Shown here piece after piece: positions 13,648 through 28,484 of a DNA stretch of 64,000 nucleotides (position 1 is the first letter of the stretch; each line of letters starts with the position of its first letter). A model generated the notes under the pieces. That model ran no database searches. It was not told the DNA's origin and worked only from the letters and a program-made list of their open reading frames with translations. Both the position numbers and the translations under genes were made by a program. This stretch comes from Octopus vulgaris (taxonomy: Eukaryota): contig OX597839.1 of assembly GCA_951406725.2 (NCBI GenBank), positions 31,372,001 to 31,436,000 on the forward strand, given 5' to 3'.

Positions 13648-14088
13648 ATCCTTTCTACTAAAGGCACAAGGCCTGAATTTTTGGGGGGAGATGGACTAGG
13701 CGATTGACCCCAGTGTTTCACTGGTATTTAATTTATCAACCCAGAAGGATGAAAGGCAAAGTTGAACTCAGCAGAATTTGAACTCAGAACATAAAGCGAG
13801 AGAAAATGCTGCTAAACATTTTTGTCCAGCATGCTAATGACTCTGCCAGCTCGCTGCCTTAACAAACATAGCAATGATTTAAAATTTTTGCCACAAGGGC
13901 AGCTTGGGAGAGGGAATTAAGTCAATTACATCGATCCCAGTGAATAACTGGTACTTATTTCATCGACCCCGAAAGGATGAAAGGCAAAGTCGACCTTGGT
14001 GGAATTTGAACTCAGAACGTAACGGCAGACGAAATACTGCTAAGCATTTCACCCGGCGTGCTAATGGTTCTGCCAGTTTGCTGCCTTC
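13648..14088 (-). mobile_element. Two tandem copies of SINE family A (tRNA-like head, Meta-domain-like core)
   Basis: Minus strand GAGCTGGCAGA...GAGTTCAAATTC...GACTTTGCCTTTCATCCTTTCGGGGTCGAT...AAGTACCAG. More than 20 copies in the window. Confidence 0.8.
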
Positions 14089-14116
14089 AATAATAATAAT
14101 AATAATAATAATAATC

Positions 14117-14159
<43 letters not shown>

Positions 14160-14581
14160 TCATAATAATAATAATGATGCTGATAATCTTTTCTTTCTTA
14201 GCCACAATGGTTCGAAAAGATACAGAAAAATATGAAGAACCATTAAGTAGGAGTGTGGTGGGGGCTTACAATGATGTTTTGGGTGGGAGAGACAAGCTAT
14301 ACAAAGATGAAAGGAAGGAGAGAAAGATGGTGTAGGATATATAATTGGATGAATTACAAATTTATGAAACACAAATATTTACATGGAATAAATATTTTTG
14401 AAAAAAAAAAAGCTGATAAAAAATAATTAAAACAAAATATCTACACAGAAATTAGAACATTTCCCTTTTTATTGATGAGAGCAACACAAGTTCCTGATAC
14501 AGTTTCCTGTCCATTCACTTCTGGCATTGTTTATTGCTGGAGATCTTCCATGATGGTGTGTGTGTGTGTGTGTATGTGTGT

Positions 14582-14624
<43 letters not shown>

Positions 14625-14774
14625 TGTCTGTCTATAGATCTATACATACACACATATATATATACGTATAGGTGCAGGCATGGCTGTGCGGTAAGATGCT
14701 TGCATCCAAACCTCATGATCTCAGGTTCCAGCAGTGAGTAGATCTGGAAGACAGAAACTGAAAGAAGCCCAATG

Positions 14775-14806
<32 letters not shown>

Positions 14807-15359
14807 CGTGCGCATGAGTTTGTCCCCCACGACCGCTTTACAACTGATGTTGGTTTGTTTATGTCCCCGTAGTTTAGCTGTTCAGCAAAAGAGACCAATG
14901 GAATAAGCACCAGGCTTTAAAAGGTAAGCCCAGGAGGTGATTCGTTTGGCTAAACCTATCACGAGAGTGCCCCAGCATGGCTGCAGCCCAATGACTGAAA
15001 CAAGTAAAACATTAAGGATATATATATATACATATATATCATCATCATCATCATCGTTTAACGTCCACTTTCCATGCTGGCATGGGTTAGACGGTTTGAC
15101 TGAGGGCTGGCAAACCAGAAGGCTGCACCAGGCTCCAATCTTGATCTGGCTGAGTTTCTACAGTTGGATGCCCTTCCTAATGCCAACCACTCCGAGAGTG
15201 TAGTGGGTGCTTTTTATGTACCATTGTCATGGGTGCCACTTCGGTGGCACTGGCATCAACCATGCTTGAATTGTGCTTTTTACATGCCACCGGCATGGGA
15301 GCCAGTCAGGTGGCACTGTATAAATATATACAGAGATACATACATAAATATATACATAC

Positions 15360-15390
<31 letters not shown>

Positions 15391-15546
15391 TACATACATA
15401 TATATTTGTGTGTGTGTGTATGAGTGTCTGTCTATGTATCTATATTATGTATATTTAAGTACTCACACACAGATATATACACACATATGCATGCATGAAT
15501 ACACATGCACACACACACACACATATACATGTATGTGTGTGTATAT

Positions 15547-15608
<62 letters not shown>

Positions 15609-15827
15609 CAGACACAGAGTGAGTGAGCTAAAGGTTTTTATTCATTTCGTTGTCTGATGGATTACTTTGTTTCCCCAAAAAGCAACAATTTTAGAATCAA
15701 ATACAAAATGGATTGTTTTTTTTTACGAGAAACTCTTCAATACGAGGCAAGAGATACAATAAATGGTGTACAAGACTCTTGTTTGGCTAATAATGTTCAT
15801 AGGAATGGAACCACAACACAGGAAGAT

Positions 15828-15862
<35 letters not shown>

Positions 15863-16134
15863 GAGGATTAAAGAACTGTGTCTGTGAGGGTGTGTGGGTG
15901 TGTGTGGAAAGGATGAAATGGTTCCGTGATTCCTGGCAGATCTCTTCCAAGGCTACAGAAGAGAACAGCCCTCCGTTTCCTACACAGAACCTTACAGAAG
16001 AGTCAGCTGGATGTAAAAGGTAGCAATTACCATTAAATACCGCTGAAGAAATACGCCAGCTTTCTGCAGAAAGTCTCAGAGAAAACTATAAAACAACTTA
16101 AGAGACGTACGTTTCACATTCTTTTATTTTTTTA

Positions 16135-16368
16135 ATTTTTTACTTGTTTCAATCATTTGACTGCGGCCATGCTGGAGCACCACTTTTAGTCGAACAAATT
16201 GACCCCAGGACTTATTCTTTGTCAGTCTCCTTTTGTTGAACTGCTGAGTTCTGGGGACGCAAACACACCGACATCGGCTGTCAAGCAATGGTGGGGGACA
16301 AATATAGACACATACATACATACATACATACATACATACATACATACATACATACATACATACATACA

Positions 16369-16415
<47 letters not shown>

Positions 16416-16585
16416 TCACATACATATATATGCCAGGCTTCTTTCAGTTTCTGTCTACCAAATCCACTCACAAGGCTTTGGTTGGACTGAGGCAATAGTA
16501 GAAGACACTTGCCCATGGTGTCACACAGTGGGACTGAACCTGGAACCATTGGGAAGCAAGCTTCTTACTACTCAGCCACTCCTGT
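16135..16585 (-). mobile_element. SINE family B with expanded internal (TACA)n
   Basis: Same 5' and 3' modules as 2415-2795. Confidence 0.78.
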
Positions 16586-17639
16586 GCATATATATATATT
16601 CTTTTACTTATTTCAGTCATTTTGACTGCAGCCATGCTGGAGCACTGCCTTAAAGAGATTTTTAGTTGAAGCAATCAATCCCAGAAGTTATTCTTTGTAA
16701 GCCTAATACTTATTCTATCTGTTCCTTTTGCCAAACTGCTAAGTTATGGGAGAAGAATAAATCCTTTTAATTCCAAATTGCTCTTCCTTCCCTCCACCCC
16801 AACCAACCTCCCACACTGTCCCTTAAAATAGCAAACATTCCTTAGCTACACACAAGACAGAAAAAATGCCAAAAAGACAGGTCAGTTCCTCTACAATTTT
16901 TTGCAAGTTCTTAAATATATCTCCTTCTGTCTCTCTATATATATACTACCAAACAAACATGATTTTTATTGAACTCCTAAAACTTTTTGTTGAATATTTT
17001 CTTAAATACTTTCTTGTAAATTGTTTTTAACATTTTCTTATTATTATCAAAGAATGTATATATGTATTTTAATACTTTTGTGACAACAATTACTTAACAC
17101 AACAAAGCTTGTACAAAGCTTTACATTTTACTTTTGACAATCTTTTTCAAAAAAGTGAAACTGGTCAAATGGATAAACACCTTTAAAATTGTATTTTCAA
17201 GCCTTCTTTCATACATATATTTCCATTCGTGTGGTACCTTACAACTTTACTTTGTTATATATATACGTACACACATACACACACATGCAGCTCCTACTTA
17301 CCCTCTTCTCTCTCTCTTTTAAATGTGAATAACCACACAGTACCTCTACAACAAGAGTCTACTCTGGCCCCACCTCTCAAAATTTAAACCCCCTATCTTG
17401 AAGCATAAAACTGACCAGTGTTCAGGGTTTGTAGTGTGTGTGGGGGGTGCATGGTGACCCTCAGGGTTGCTGGGGTCATGAGGAGAAACACTCAGTTCAT
17501 GTTGTAAGGAAGGCCATCCAACCATAGAAAGCAAACCAAAACAGATTCAGGTAAAAAGCTGTCCTCAAACACATCAGATCATGTCAGACTGTCCACCCCA
17601 TGCCAACATGGAACAAAGATGCTAAATAAGGATATCTAT

Positions 17640-17822
17640 CTGTCTGTCCACCCACCAGCCTGGTGCCTGTCCATCTATCTATTTGCCTGCCTGCCTGCCT
17701 ACCTATCTATCTGACTCCCACTTTTGGCTATCTATCTATCTGTCTGTTTATCTGTCTGTCTGTCTCTCACATCTACCTACCTACCTACCTACCAACCTAT
17801 CTATCCATCCATCCATTCACCC

Positions 17823-17875
<53 letters not shown>

Positions 17876-17960
17876 CCTACCTACCTACCTACCTACCTAC
17901 CTACCTACCTACCTACCTACCTACCTACCTATCTATCTATCTATCTATCTATCTATCTGT
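17640..17960. repeat. Compound (ATCT)n/(ACCT)n tetranucleotide repeat
   Basis: Direct inspection. Confidence 0.9.
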
Positions 17961-18069
17961 ATACACACACATATATGTGTATATATATAGTGCATGTGTG
18001 CATAGATGCAAGATATTCTGATTATGACAGAAGCTTTACAGCAATAGTAAATTACACATACATATAAAT

Positions 18070-18105
<36 letters not shown>

Positions 18106-18663
18106 TTTGAGCCAAAATTAACTAACACATACACACACACACATACTCACAATTCTTTAAAAGTGAACAAATATATAAATGTATAAATACAAATTAATTG
18201 AAACGTAAAACCATTAAACACACATACATATAGTGCAGACACACACACACACACACATGTATGTATGTATATACACACATCATATACATACATTATATTC
18301 AATCATTCAGCTATGATGTTTATATATTCTTCTCCTTTATGTTATCGTCTGAATGAGAAATAATTTTTGTGGGAGTGAATGTGTATAATTTATAAAGAGC
18401 TATATATATATATACACATACATATATACACACACACACGTATATATATACATATATACACATACATATATATATACACACACGTATATATATACATATA
18501 TACATATACATATATATATATACATACATATATACATATATATATACACATATATATATATACATACATATATACATATATATATACATATATATACATA
18601 CATATATACATATATATACTTATATATATATATACATACATATATATATATATACATATATAT

Positions 18664-18714
<51 letters not shown>

Positions 18715-18870
18715 CATATATATATACATATATATACATACATATATATATATACATATATACATACATAACCCATGCTAGCATGGAAAACGGACGCTAA
18801 ACGATGATGATGATGATGATGATGATATATATATACATATATATATAAATATATATACATATATATATAA

Positions 18871-18901
<31 letters not shown>

Positions 18902-18934
18902 TTCTTATGTGTGTGTGTGTGTCTAAACAAAAGA

Positions 18935-18970
<36 letters not shown>

Positions 18971-19392
18971 CATACATACATACATATTTACAGATATGTA
19001 TATAAATGGATATGAATACGTTTGTGTGTGTGTATATATATATACATACGTTTATGAATTGTAAAATTCCTGATGTGAAATATTATCTATCTATATATGT
19101 ATCTATCTATCTATATAATATATATGTATACACTTACAACATATGAATTTGTCTATTTATATAATAAATATGTATATAGATAAAATATGCATTATATGTA
19201 TATACGATACACGTATACACATATAGCATACATGTTCATTTACATAAGTGTATATGTGCATATACGTTAAATATCTATACATATATTCATACACACACAC
19301 ACATGTATGTATGAATATATACATATATTACCGTTGTCTTCATAGATGTAGATAAATTCATAAACACCCCCATCCACCTACACACAGACAAT

Positions 19393-19423
<31 letters not shown>

Positions 19424-19736
19424 TCACACACACACACAATCTCACACACACACACAATCTCACACACACACACACACACACACACAATCTCTCTCTCTCT
19501 CACACACACATTTGTACGCACGCTTGTTCTTTGATTTACAAAAGCCAAGATGAAATACATGGCTCTCCATTTTATTGGCTCTATTTCTGCACTTCTATCT
19601 CTCCCTCTCTCTCTCTCTCCCTCTCTCTCTCTCTTTATATATATGTCTCTGCATGTGTTTAAAACATGTATGTTTATTGTACACATATACATTAGCTCTT
19701 GTTGTTGTTTTTTTTTTATCCTTTTGTCTAGCTCCA

Positions 19737-19773
<37 letters not shown>

Positions 19774-20454
19774 GGCAAGCAAGCATCTATGCACACACAC
19801 GTACCAAAGCGATAACCGTGCCCCTGGGTGTGTTTCTACATAAATAATTCAAACCTTCTCCTCCATTGTCGTGTTTTAAATAGGAATATAGACATGGCTC
19901 TTACAGCAACAACAACAACAACAACAACAGCACAGATGATGATGACGACGATGATGATGATGATGATGGTGGTGATGCTAATTTCTTTTGACTCCATGCA
20001 TGGCCACCAATTTTCTACAAGTGGTATTTACTGCTGGTTGTTTCGACTGTCTCCAGAGGGATGAAAGTCAAAACGAGGAACCAGGGAGGACGTTTAACAA
20101 TGAGGTATAATGCAAAGCTGGAGCAGACTGGCTTGCTCTCTCTCTCTCTCTCTCTCAATCCTTCCCTCTATCAGCCTCTCTTTCTCTCTTTCCATCCCTT
20201 TCTCTCCCGCTTTTCTTTCTTTATCTCTATTTCTATCTCTCCCTTTATCCCCCCCTCTCTCTCTATCTGTCTGTCTCTCTTTTAAATGTCTCCTTCCTTC
20301 TTTTAAGTGACCATCTTTCTGTCTCTTTCCCCTCATCCTCTTTCTCTCTCATTCTAACAATCTCTCTCCCTCCTCTCTCTCTTCCTCTGTCTCTCTCTCT
20401 TCCTCTATCTGTTTCACTCCCTCTCAAATTCCACCCTTTCCTCTTTCTAAGTAT

Positions 20455-20790
20455 CTCTCTCACCACATCTCTCTCCCTCTCTCTCTTTCTCTCTCACCAT
20501 GTCTCTCTCTCTCTTTCTCTCTCACCATGTCTCTCTCTCTCTTTCTCTCTCACCATGTCTCTCTCTCTCTCTCTTTCTCTCTCACCATGTCTCTCTCCCT
20601 CTCTCTCTCTTTCTCTCTCACCATGTCTCTCTCTCTTTCTCTCTCACCATGTCTCTCTCTCTCTCTCTCTTTCTCTCTCACCATGTCTCTCTCCCTCTCT
20701 CTCTCTCTCACCATGTCTCTCTCTCTCTCTCTCTTTCTCTCTCACCATGTCTCTCTCTCTTTCTCTCTCACCATGTGCCTCTCTCTTTCC
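20455..20790. repeat. Compound (CT)n repeat punctuated by CACCATGT
   Basis: About 10 units of CTCTCACCATGTCTCT with variable CT runs. Confidence 0.85.
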
Positions 20791-20976
20791 CTGCATCTCC
20801 CTCTCTATCTCCGCTTTCCTCCCCCCATTACTCAAAATAATCTCCTTCCCTTTTTTCCGTTCGGGTCGGTTCCACACGGATGGGCTTCCTCCATTTTCCC
20901 AACAGCAAAAACATCAAATGCAAAGATGTCGTTTGGTGGAGCTGGAAGTCAGAATGTGGAAGGATAAAACTAAATA

Positions 20977-21995
20977 CTGGTTCCAAATTCCAGCACAAGG
21001 CCAGCAATTCCAGTGGAGGGGGCTAAGTCAATGACCTCTACCTCAGTACGCAACTGGTACTTATTTTATTGACCCTGAAAGGATGAAAAGCAAAGCTAAC
21101 TATGGCAGAATTTGAACTCAGAATGTAAAGATGAGCAAAATGCTGACAACCATTTGTCCGGTGTGCCAACGATTCTGCCAACTTGCCGCCTGGTAGCATC
21201 TAAATATTACAAGCAGCTACTCTTAACCATTTTTGGCCTATGGTTCCCTATGGAACTTTCCTTCCAGACCCCAACACCTGTAAAACAAAGCTGGAAATTT
21301 CTCCCACTGATCTCCCCTCCAATACAAACAAACAAGCAATCTGTTATTGCCAAGGATCCCCAAGGAAGTGGGGGGAGGGGCATAGAGTTCCATTTGGAAA
21401 GGACTGGATTAAATAATTGTGTTTAATATAAGCAGAAGCTAACAGCTTTGAGGGGAGGGGTTAGTTGACACCACTGACCCCAGTAATTGACTGGTACTTT
21501 ATTTTATAGATCCCCTAAGAAATGAAAAGTAAAGCTCACCTACTATAGGCACAAGGCCTGAAATTTTGTGGTAGGGGGATAGTTGATTATATTGACCCCA
21601 GCATTCAACTGGTACATATTTTATTGACCCCAAGACAAAGTCGACCTTGGTGGAATTTGAACTCAGAATGTAAAGACTGGTGAAATGCTGTAAAGCATTT
21701 TGCCCAGCATGCTAACAATTCTGCCATCTCACCACCTTCTTAATAATAATAATAATAATAAAAATAATGATGATGGTAATAATCCTTTTTATTATAGGTA
21801 CAAGGCCTGAAATTTGGGGAGGGTGGGCCAGTCAATCAGATCAACTCCAATATGCAACTGGTACTTAATTTACTGACCTTGAAAGGATGAAAGGCAAAGT
21901 TGACCTTGGCAGGATTTGAACTCAGAGCATAAAGACAGACAAAATACTGCTAAGCATTTTGCCCAGCTTGCTAACGATTCTGCCAGTTTGCCACA
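20977..21995 (-). mobile_element. Cluster of SINE family A copies
   Basis: Repeated GGCACAAGGCC...CTGGTACTT...GAATTTGAACTCAGAA blocks at about 20977, 21430, 21540 and 21781. Confidence 0.75.
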
Positions 21996-22821
21996 TTCTT
22001 GATGATGATGATAATAATGATGATAATGATGGTGATGATGATGATGATGATGATGATGGTGGTGGGGATGAGGATGATGAGGATGACGATGATGAGGATG
22101 ATGATGATGATAACAACAACAGAAGCCAGAGTGGGTGGGTGAGGTAATGGTTCAAGCTGCCTTTTTGAGAATTCTGTGCAAAACAGAAAAAAAGAGGAGA
22201 AAAAAGGACACAGTATGAAACCACCACCACCACCAACATCACAACAACAACAACATCATCAGCAGCAACAACAACATGTGAAGAACAGCAACCAAGATTG
22301 CATGAGTTGTAATGAGTTGAGAAACTGAAGATTCAAAAACGCAACGAGAGAAAAATGGTTTGAAATGGAATCAGCAAAGAAAGAATAGAATGGTGAGAAA
22401 AACGGTTGCAGAATATCAAACACAAGACACACACACGATATCTAGAAGAAACATCTATATTCACATCTACACACATCTCTATACACACTCACATATACAC
22501 ACCTTACTACCCCAGTGCCCTAGAGACAAACCATGCAGCTATAGAGATGCTTGTTTACAAACAGTTTCCCAGAATTAAATGAGAGCAAAAACAAGAGAAG
22601 GACAGAGTTTTGTAGGTGAATTGAATAAATGTTAGAGAGGAAGTTTGGTAGCAGAAGGGTTATGAAAATAAGGGGCCGAGACAACTGACCGCAAGACATC
22701 AGCTAAAATAGGGCTGTATTGATAGGAATAATGTTGTGGCTTGCTGGTTTGTTATTATTATAACCACTTTCTAGTCTCTTCAGTTGCTGTGACTGAGAAA
22801 GAATAGCATTTTATGTTGTAA

Positions 22822-23122
22822 CTAGCAGTATCGCCCGGCGTTGCTCGGGTTTGTAAGGGAAATAACTATATAAGCATTTTTAGAGAGTTACTTCCCTTAT
22901 ATAATAGCAAAAAAAAACCATTAAAAATGGGAAAAATTGATAGTAAATTTTATTTTTAAATCGTAGATTCATCGTAGACACGCGCTAATACCCAGAAGGG
23001 CTCGATATGAATCACGACTATAAGATACCCGCTTTTGGTTAAACTGCACCGCAAAATGTGGGAGTAGTTAGGAATCTAAATCGTAGGAGACAGATACACA
23101 ACTTGACTTTTATATATAAAGA
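22822..23122 (-). mobile_element. Non-autonomous Helitron
   Basis: The minus strand starts TC(TTTATATATAAAAG), ends with the GC-rich hairpin CCCGAGCAACGCCGGG followed by CTAG, and sits between host A and T without a TSD. Confidence 0.8.
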
Positions 23123-23277
23123 TTTGTGAATTATAGAACTGTTAGATAACTGATGAAGGATTAGGGGTCTGGTGTCTGTCCTACATAAACATTTGGGAGT
23201 ATTTAATGCATTTTTTCATTTATGGAATAACCGAATGCTACACATCCTGACCTTTGTTAACAGTAAGTTTGTGTGTG

Positions 23278-23321
<44 letters not shown>

Positions 23322-25239
23322 TAAATATAAGGGTAGCAAAAAATTCTCTGCTACCAGCGGTCCAGCGAGAAAGAAGAGATAGTCAAAGACTATATAATAT
23401 ACATTCAACAATATAAGGAATGGCCATAATAGGACATTCGACTCACTAGAAAGAGCAGCCAAACTCAAACCGCTAATAGTTATAATTCTGAAATTGAAAG
23501 AGAAATAAAAACGTTTACCCCTTTCATATATATATATATATATATATACGTGATTGTGTGTGTGTGTGTCTAAACATCCAGGTTATTTATGAACTGAGTT
23601 CAAATCTCATGGGGTTCAACTTTGCCTTTCATCCTTTCGGGGTCGATAAAACAAGAACTAGCTGATCACTGCCATCATTATCACTGCCATCATTATCAGC
23701 ATTATCATCATAATTGCCATCACCACAATCACCACAATCATCATCATCATTCTTGTAATTATCATCATACTAGACTTTGTCATCATAATTATCATAGTTA
23801 CCAAACTACCACCACCACCACCCCTCCTCCTCCTCTTTCTCCTCCAGAGAAAACTAAAGTAATTCCCAACTTTCTAAGCTACTCTCAATCCCCAGTTGAT
23901 ATCATTTCACTTTATTCATGTAGCGAGAGGTCTCGGGTGGGGGTGGAGAGGATAGAAACATGTAACATTATATATTCCCCAGCCACCCACCCCCATCCCC
24001 CATATACACTTCCCTCCTTCATAGAAAAGGAAAAAAAAAAAAACCAAGCACCCACCTGATACATGGTTGCTTAAATAAGAAATCAATAATTTATTTTACC
24101 AAAGATCTTAATGCTGGTCCCTTAAGGAATTTAAAAACAACGACAATGAATATAATAGGAAATAAAAAAATATTTAAAAAAAAACCGACATGATTCAACA
24201 GTTTGTAGGAAAATTGAAAAAGGAACCGGACCGACAGAAAGGAAAAAAAATAATATTAAAGAAGTGGATAAGTCAGGCTAAGAGTGCAGGTATTTGTTGT
24301 AGAGCAGTGTAATGTGGCCCTGCTGTGCACCAGTCATTCATTCACGATGGGAAGTGATCTCAATATCTTGTTACATAGCGACAGACGAGGGAGGCAGTGG
24401 TGGTGGTCGTGGCGGAAATAAGAAGGAAAATGAAACGAAAAAAAGAAGTGATGGGGGGAATAAGGGGAAAGAGAAGGGAGTCGATGAATGAAAAAGTAAG
24501 AAGAAGCGACTTGTGTGTCACAGGAGATGGTGGTGGTGGTGGTGATGGGGTGGGTGGGTAGGGTGAACAGCTTGTATAATGGTTGGGTGTCGAGTTCCCA
24601 GGAGTGGGGAGGGCATTCCAATACACTGAATATTGACTGATGGCAATGATGAAGGCCATCACAACAACAGCAACAATAACAATGAAAACCACAAAATGTG
24701 TGTGTGTCTGTCTGTGGGGGGGGGGCGGGTTCTGAGAGAAAACAAACAAACAAACAACAATTTTATTATGAAACCTCAACAACAACAACAACAACAACAA
24801 TAATAGTGTAAATAGACAATAAAGGCAAGAAAAAAAGACAACATAAACACCTCATAAAAAACCCATCAAAACATAGGAACCACAGGTAAGTACATTATCA
24901 TTATAATCATCATCACCACCATCATCACCATCACTATCATTAGTATCATTGTTGTCCTCCTCCTCCTCCTCTTCATCATCAATTTTGTGATCATCATCAT
25001 AGACATCATCATCATAATCATCACCACCATTGTAAACGACAAGAACAACAGGAACAATAATAAGAAGAATATAAACAAAGAGAATAAAAAGGAAAGAAGA
25101 ATTGTTGGAATGGTTTTGAATAATGGTGGGGTGGGGGGCGTTTCTGGATTTACATTACTACCACCACAACCAGAACCGTCATCAACACTATCACTACTAC
25201 TACAAGCATAACTGTCATCGATATTACCACTGCAACCAG

Positions 25240-25552
25240 CATCACAACCACCATCACCATTTCTACCATGACCACCACCACACCACAACCACCACCACCA
25301 CCACTGACACCACCACCACAACCACTGACACCACTGCCACTGACCACCACCACCACCACCACCACCACCACAACCACTGACATCACCACCACTACCACCA
25401 CCACCACCACCACCACCACTGACATCACCACCACTACCACCACCACCACCACCACCACCACAACCACTGACATTACCACCACTGACACCACCACCACAAC
25501 CACTGACACCACCACCACCACCACCACCACCACCACCACCACCACCACCACC
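25240..25552. repeat. (CAC)n-based compound repeat with ACTGACA interruptions
   Basis: Direct inspection. Confidence 0.85.
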
Positions 25553-25949
25553 TCAATGTTCTTTCCAATCCCTGGGACGAGTGAATCACACAACCAAAAT
25601 ATATAATTGATCTCTTTTCTTTCTTTTTATTTGTTTTTCCCTCATTTCAGATTTCACTAACAGCTTCCTGTGTTATCTCAGGGCAAAAAATGCATCAATG
25701 TTTTTTTGCCACCACCACCACCACCACTACCACCATCAGCACCCCTGCCCTCAACCCAACACCACCCCACCCTCTGCCCCTCGACTCTTTCTCCTTATCC
25801 TCATGATACAAGTTAAATGATCTGCGATACAGCACTTATCTCTGCCGTGCCCCCAACGAATACATGACCTCCCCCCAAGAATGTGTATTCATTTATTTAT
25901 TTATCTATTTATTTCCAAAGTAGTTCAGCTCACCTAGAACTCTAAATAT

Positions 25950-27018
25950 CGGCTTCAAATTATGGCATAAGGCTAACAATTTTGGGGTGGTGCTGGTTTC
26001 AGTCAATTATATTGACCCCCAAGGCTCAACTGGTCCTTAATTTAAAGACTGTAAAAGGACAAAAGGCAAAGTGTCGACCTCAGCAGAATTCCAATGGTCA
26101 CAATACGGCCAAGTATTTTATTCGGGTGCTAACAGTCCTGCCAGTTGGCTGCCTTATTTTCATGTTTAATATTCTTTTCTACTCTCGGTACAAGGCCTGA
26201 AATTTTTGGGGTAGGGGGCCAGTTAATTGGATCGACCCCAGTACGCAACTGGTACTCAATTTATCGACCCTGAAAGGATGAATTTGAACTCAGAACATAA
26301 AGACAGACTAAATACCACTAGGCATTTCGCCTGGTGTGCTAACGTTTCTGCTAGTTTGCTGCCTTGGCAATACAAATACTCTTTTCTACTCTAGGCACAA
26401 GGCCCGAAATTTTGGGGGAAGGGGCCAGTCAATGAGCTCACCCTTAGTATGCAACTGGTACTTAATTTATTGGCCACGAAAGAATGAAAGGCAAAGTCAA
26501 TCTCGGTGGAATTTGAACTCAGAAAGTAAAAACAGACAAAATACTGCTAAGCATTTCACCTGGTGTTTACTCTTTTTTTTACTTGTTTCAGCCATTTGAC
26601 TGTGGCCATGCTGGAGCACCGCTAATGTTTCTGCCAGCTTGCCACCTTTATTTCATGTTTAATATTGTAAAAAGGCAGCAGTGGCCCCATTGGTGTCACA
26701 CTGAACAAAATGCTTAGTAGCACTTCATCCAAATTTTTCATTCAGAGTTCAAATTCTACTAAGGTCACTTTCACTCTTTCAGCTTGTTAACCATTGGGGT
26801 TAACGTAATCAACTTACTCCCCACCCCAGAAAATTGCAGGCCTTGAGCCAAAATTTGAAACCAATATTAAGCATGAAAATTCCACCGAGGTTGACTTTGG
26901 CCTTTCATCCTTTTCAGGGGTCGATAAAATAAGTACCAGTTGCGTACTGGGGTCGATGTAATCGATTTACCCCTCCACCAAAATTGCTGGCCTCGTGTCA
27001 AAATTGGAATCTGATATT
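25950..27018. mobile_element. Cluster of SINE family A copies, three on minus then two on plus; one carries a nested family B 3' end (about 26572-26622)
   Basis: The same diagnostic motifs occur in both orientations. Confidence 0.75.
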
Positions 27019-27629
27019 AAAGATGAAAAATTTTGCAATCGCTTTTCTCTGCTTTTCTGTTCCTAGATTTTATTTTTGTGACTTTGTTTCCTAATATCTG
27101 GAGCCATCTTTATTTGGTCTCGTAATTAAAAGGGAAAAAAAAAAAAAAAAGCAGAAAAATATTTAAATTTATAATTGCATCATTCTGTTTACACAAGAAA
27201 TTAATGAGACACAGGAAATCTTCTGATAGATATGTCATCATCACTACCACCATCACCACCATCATCCACTGCTGCTTTCATAAATCTTCACTGTTACACT
27301 CATCATTACCACCATCAACCCCTCCCCCCACACACTATCATTATCATCATCATCATCATCACCATGCTACCATCAGGTATTGGTGACACAATGTATCTAC
27401 TGAAATTTCATCACAATGATTTAATTACAAAAACTTGTTTCCATCTTAATTAGTAACTGCTGACTTATAATTCCGAAATCCTCATCAGTGAACTAATTCT
27501 GAAAATGCTCTTCCTTCCTTCTACAACACTCTTCTACCATTGGTGGAATTTAGACAACTGTTCTCCAAAAGTCCTCCACAATCTTTGCAGAAGCTTAAAT
27601 AACAAACCTATTCCATGCTCTGTATGTGT

Positions 27630-27691
<62 letters not shown>

Positions 27692-27849
27692 GTGTGTGTG
27701 TGTGTAAGGTAAAAAGTTTGCTTCTCAACCTCATGGTTCTGGGTTCAGTCCCACTGCATAGCACCTTGGCCTGACGAAAACCTTGTGAGTAGATTTGGTA
27801 GATGGAAACTGAAAGAAGCCCATCGTATGTGTGTGTGTGCATGTATATA

Positions 27850-28484
27850 GAGGGTGCAACTGGTAAATTATTGCAAATTTATATTTTTAATTTTGTCAAC
27901 TACACAGTATAGCAGGGTCAGTTGGGCACCGTCTGTGAGAAAAACAGCATCATGATGCAATTCCTTCTGCCTGAAATTTGGAAACAACATGCTGTACTGC
28001 TTAGCATTCATGCTGGAAGCTCTAATGCGAACATTTCACAGTGTCATTCTGAGGACATTTACTGAGAGTGATAAAAATGAAACATCCAGTCAACATCATC
28101 GTGTTTGGAGTGATCACTAATGATGGTGACGTTATGCCTCCATTCATCTTCCCACATGGCCTCAGACTCAACATGGAGGCCTACATCAAGTGCCAGGAGG
28201 AGGTGGTGCTTCCCTGGGTCAAGAGGGTGGCTGCTGGAACACCCTATGTCTGGCAACAGAACTCTGAACCATGCCACACAAGCAGGGGGACCCAGTCATG
28301 GTTGTGAGACAATTTCTGCGACCAAATCACCCCTGACATCTGGGCACCTAACACCCCAGACTGCAACCCCCTTGATTATTATGTGTGGGATGCAGTTCAG
28401 TGAGAGACCAACAAAACTCCTTGTAATACCAAAGAGGAACTGAAGGCAAGGATTATGGCAGCATTCACCAACTTAAACAAGGAG
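27850..28484 (+). mobile_element. Decayed, internally deleted Tc1/mariner transposon of the DD37D (maT) type
   Basis: ...VFGVITNDGDVMPPFIFP...YVWQQNSEPCHTS...WAPNTPDCNPLDYYVW. There are 37 residues between the mutated second D (QQN) and the D of PLDY. Two in-frame TGA stops. Begins after TA at GAGGGTG. Confidence 0.85.

Noticed and set aside
18105-18126. TTTTGAGCCAAAATTAACTAAC as a regulatory motif
   Set aside because: It matches the extreme 3' tail of the CR1/L2 element at about 44755-44780, so it is a tiny truncated insertion.
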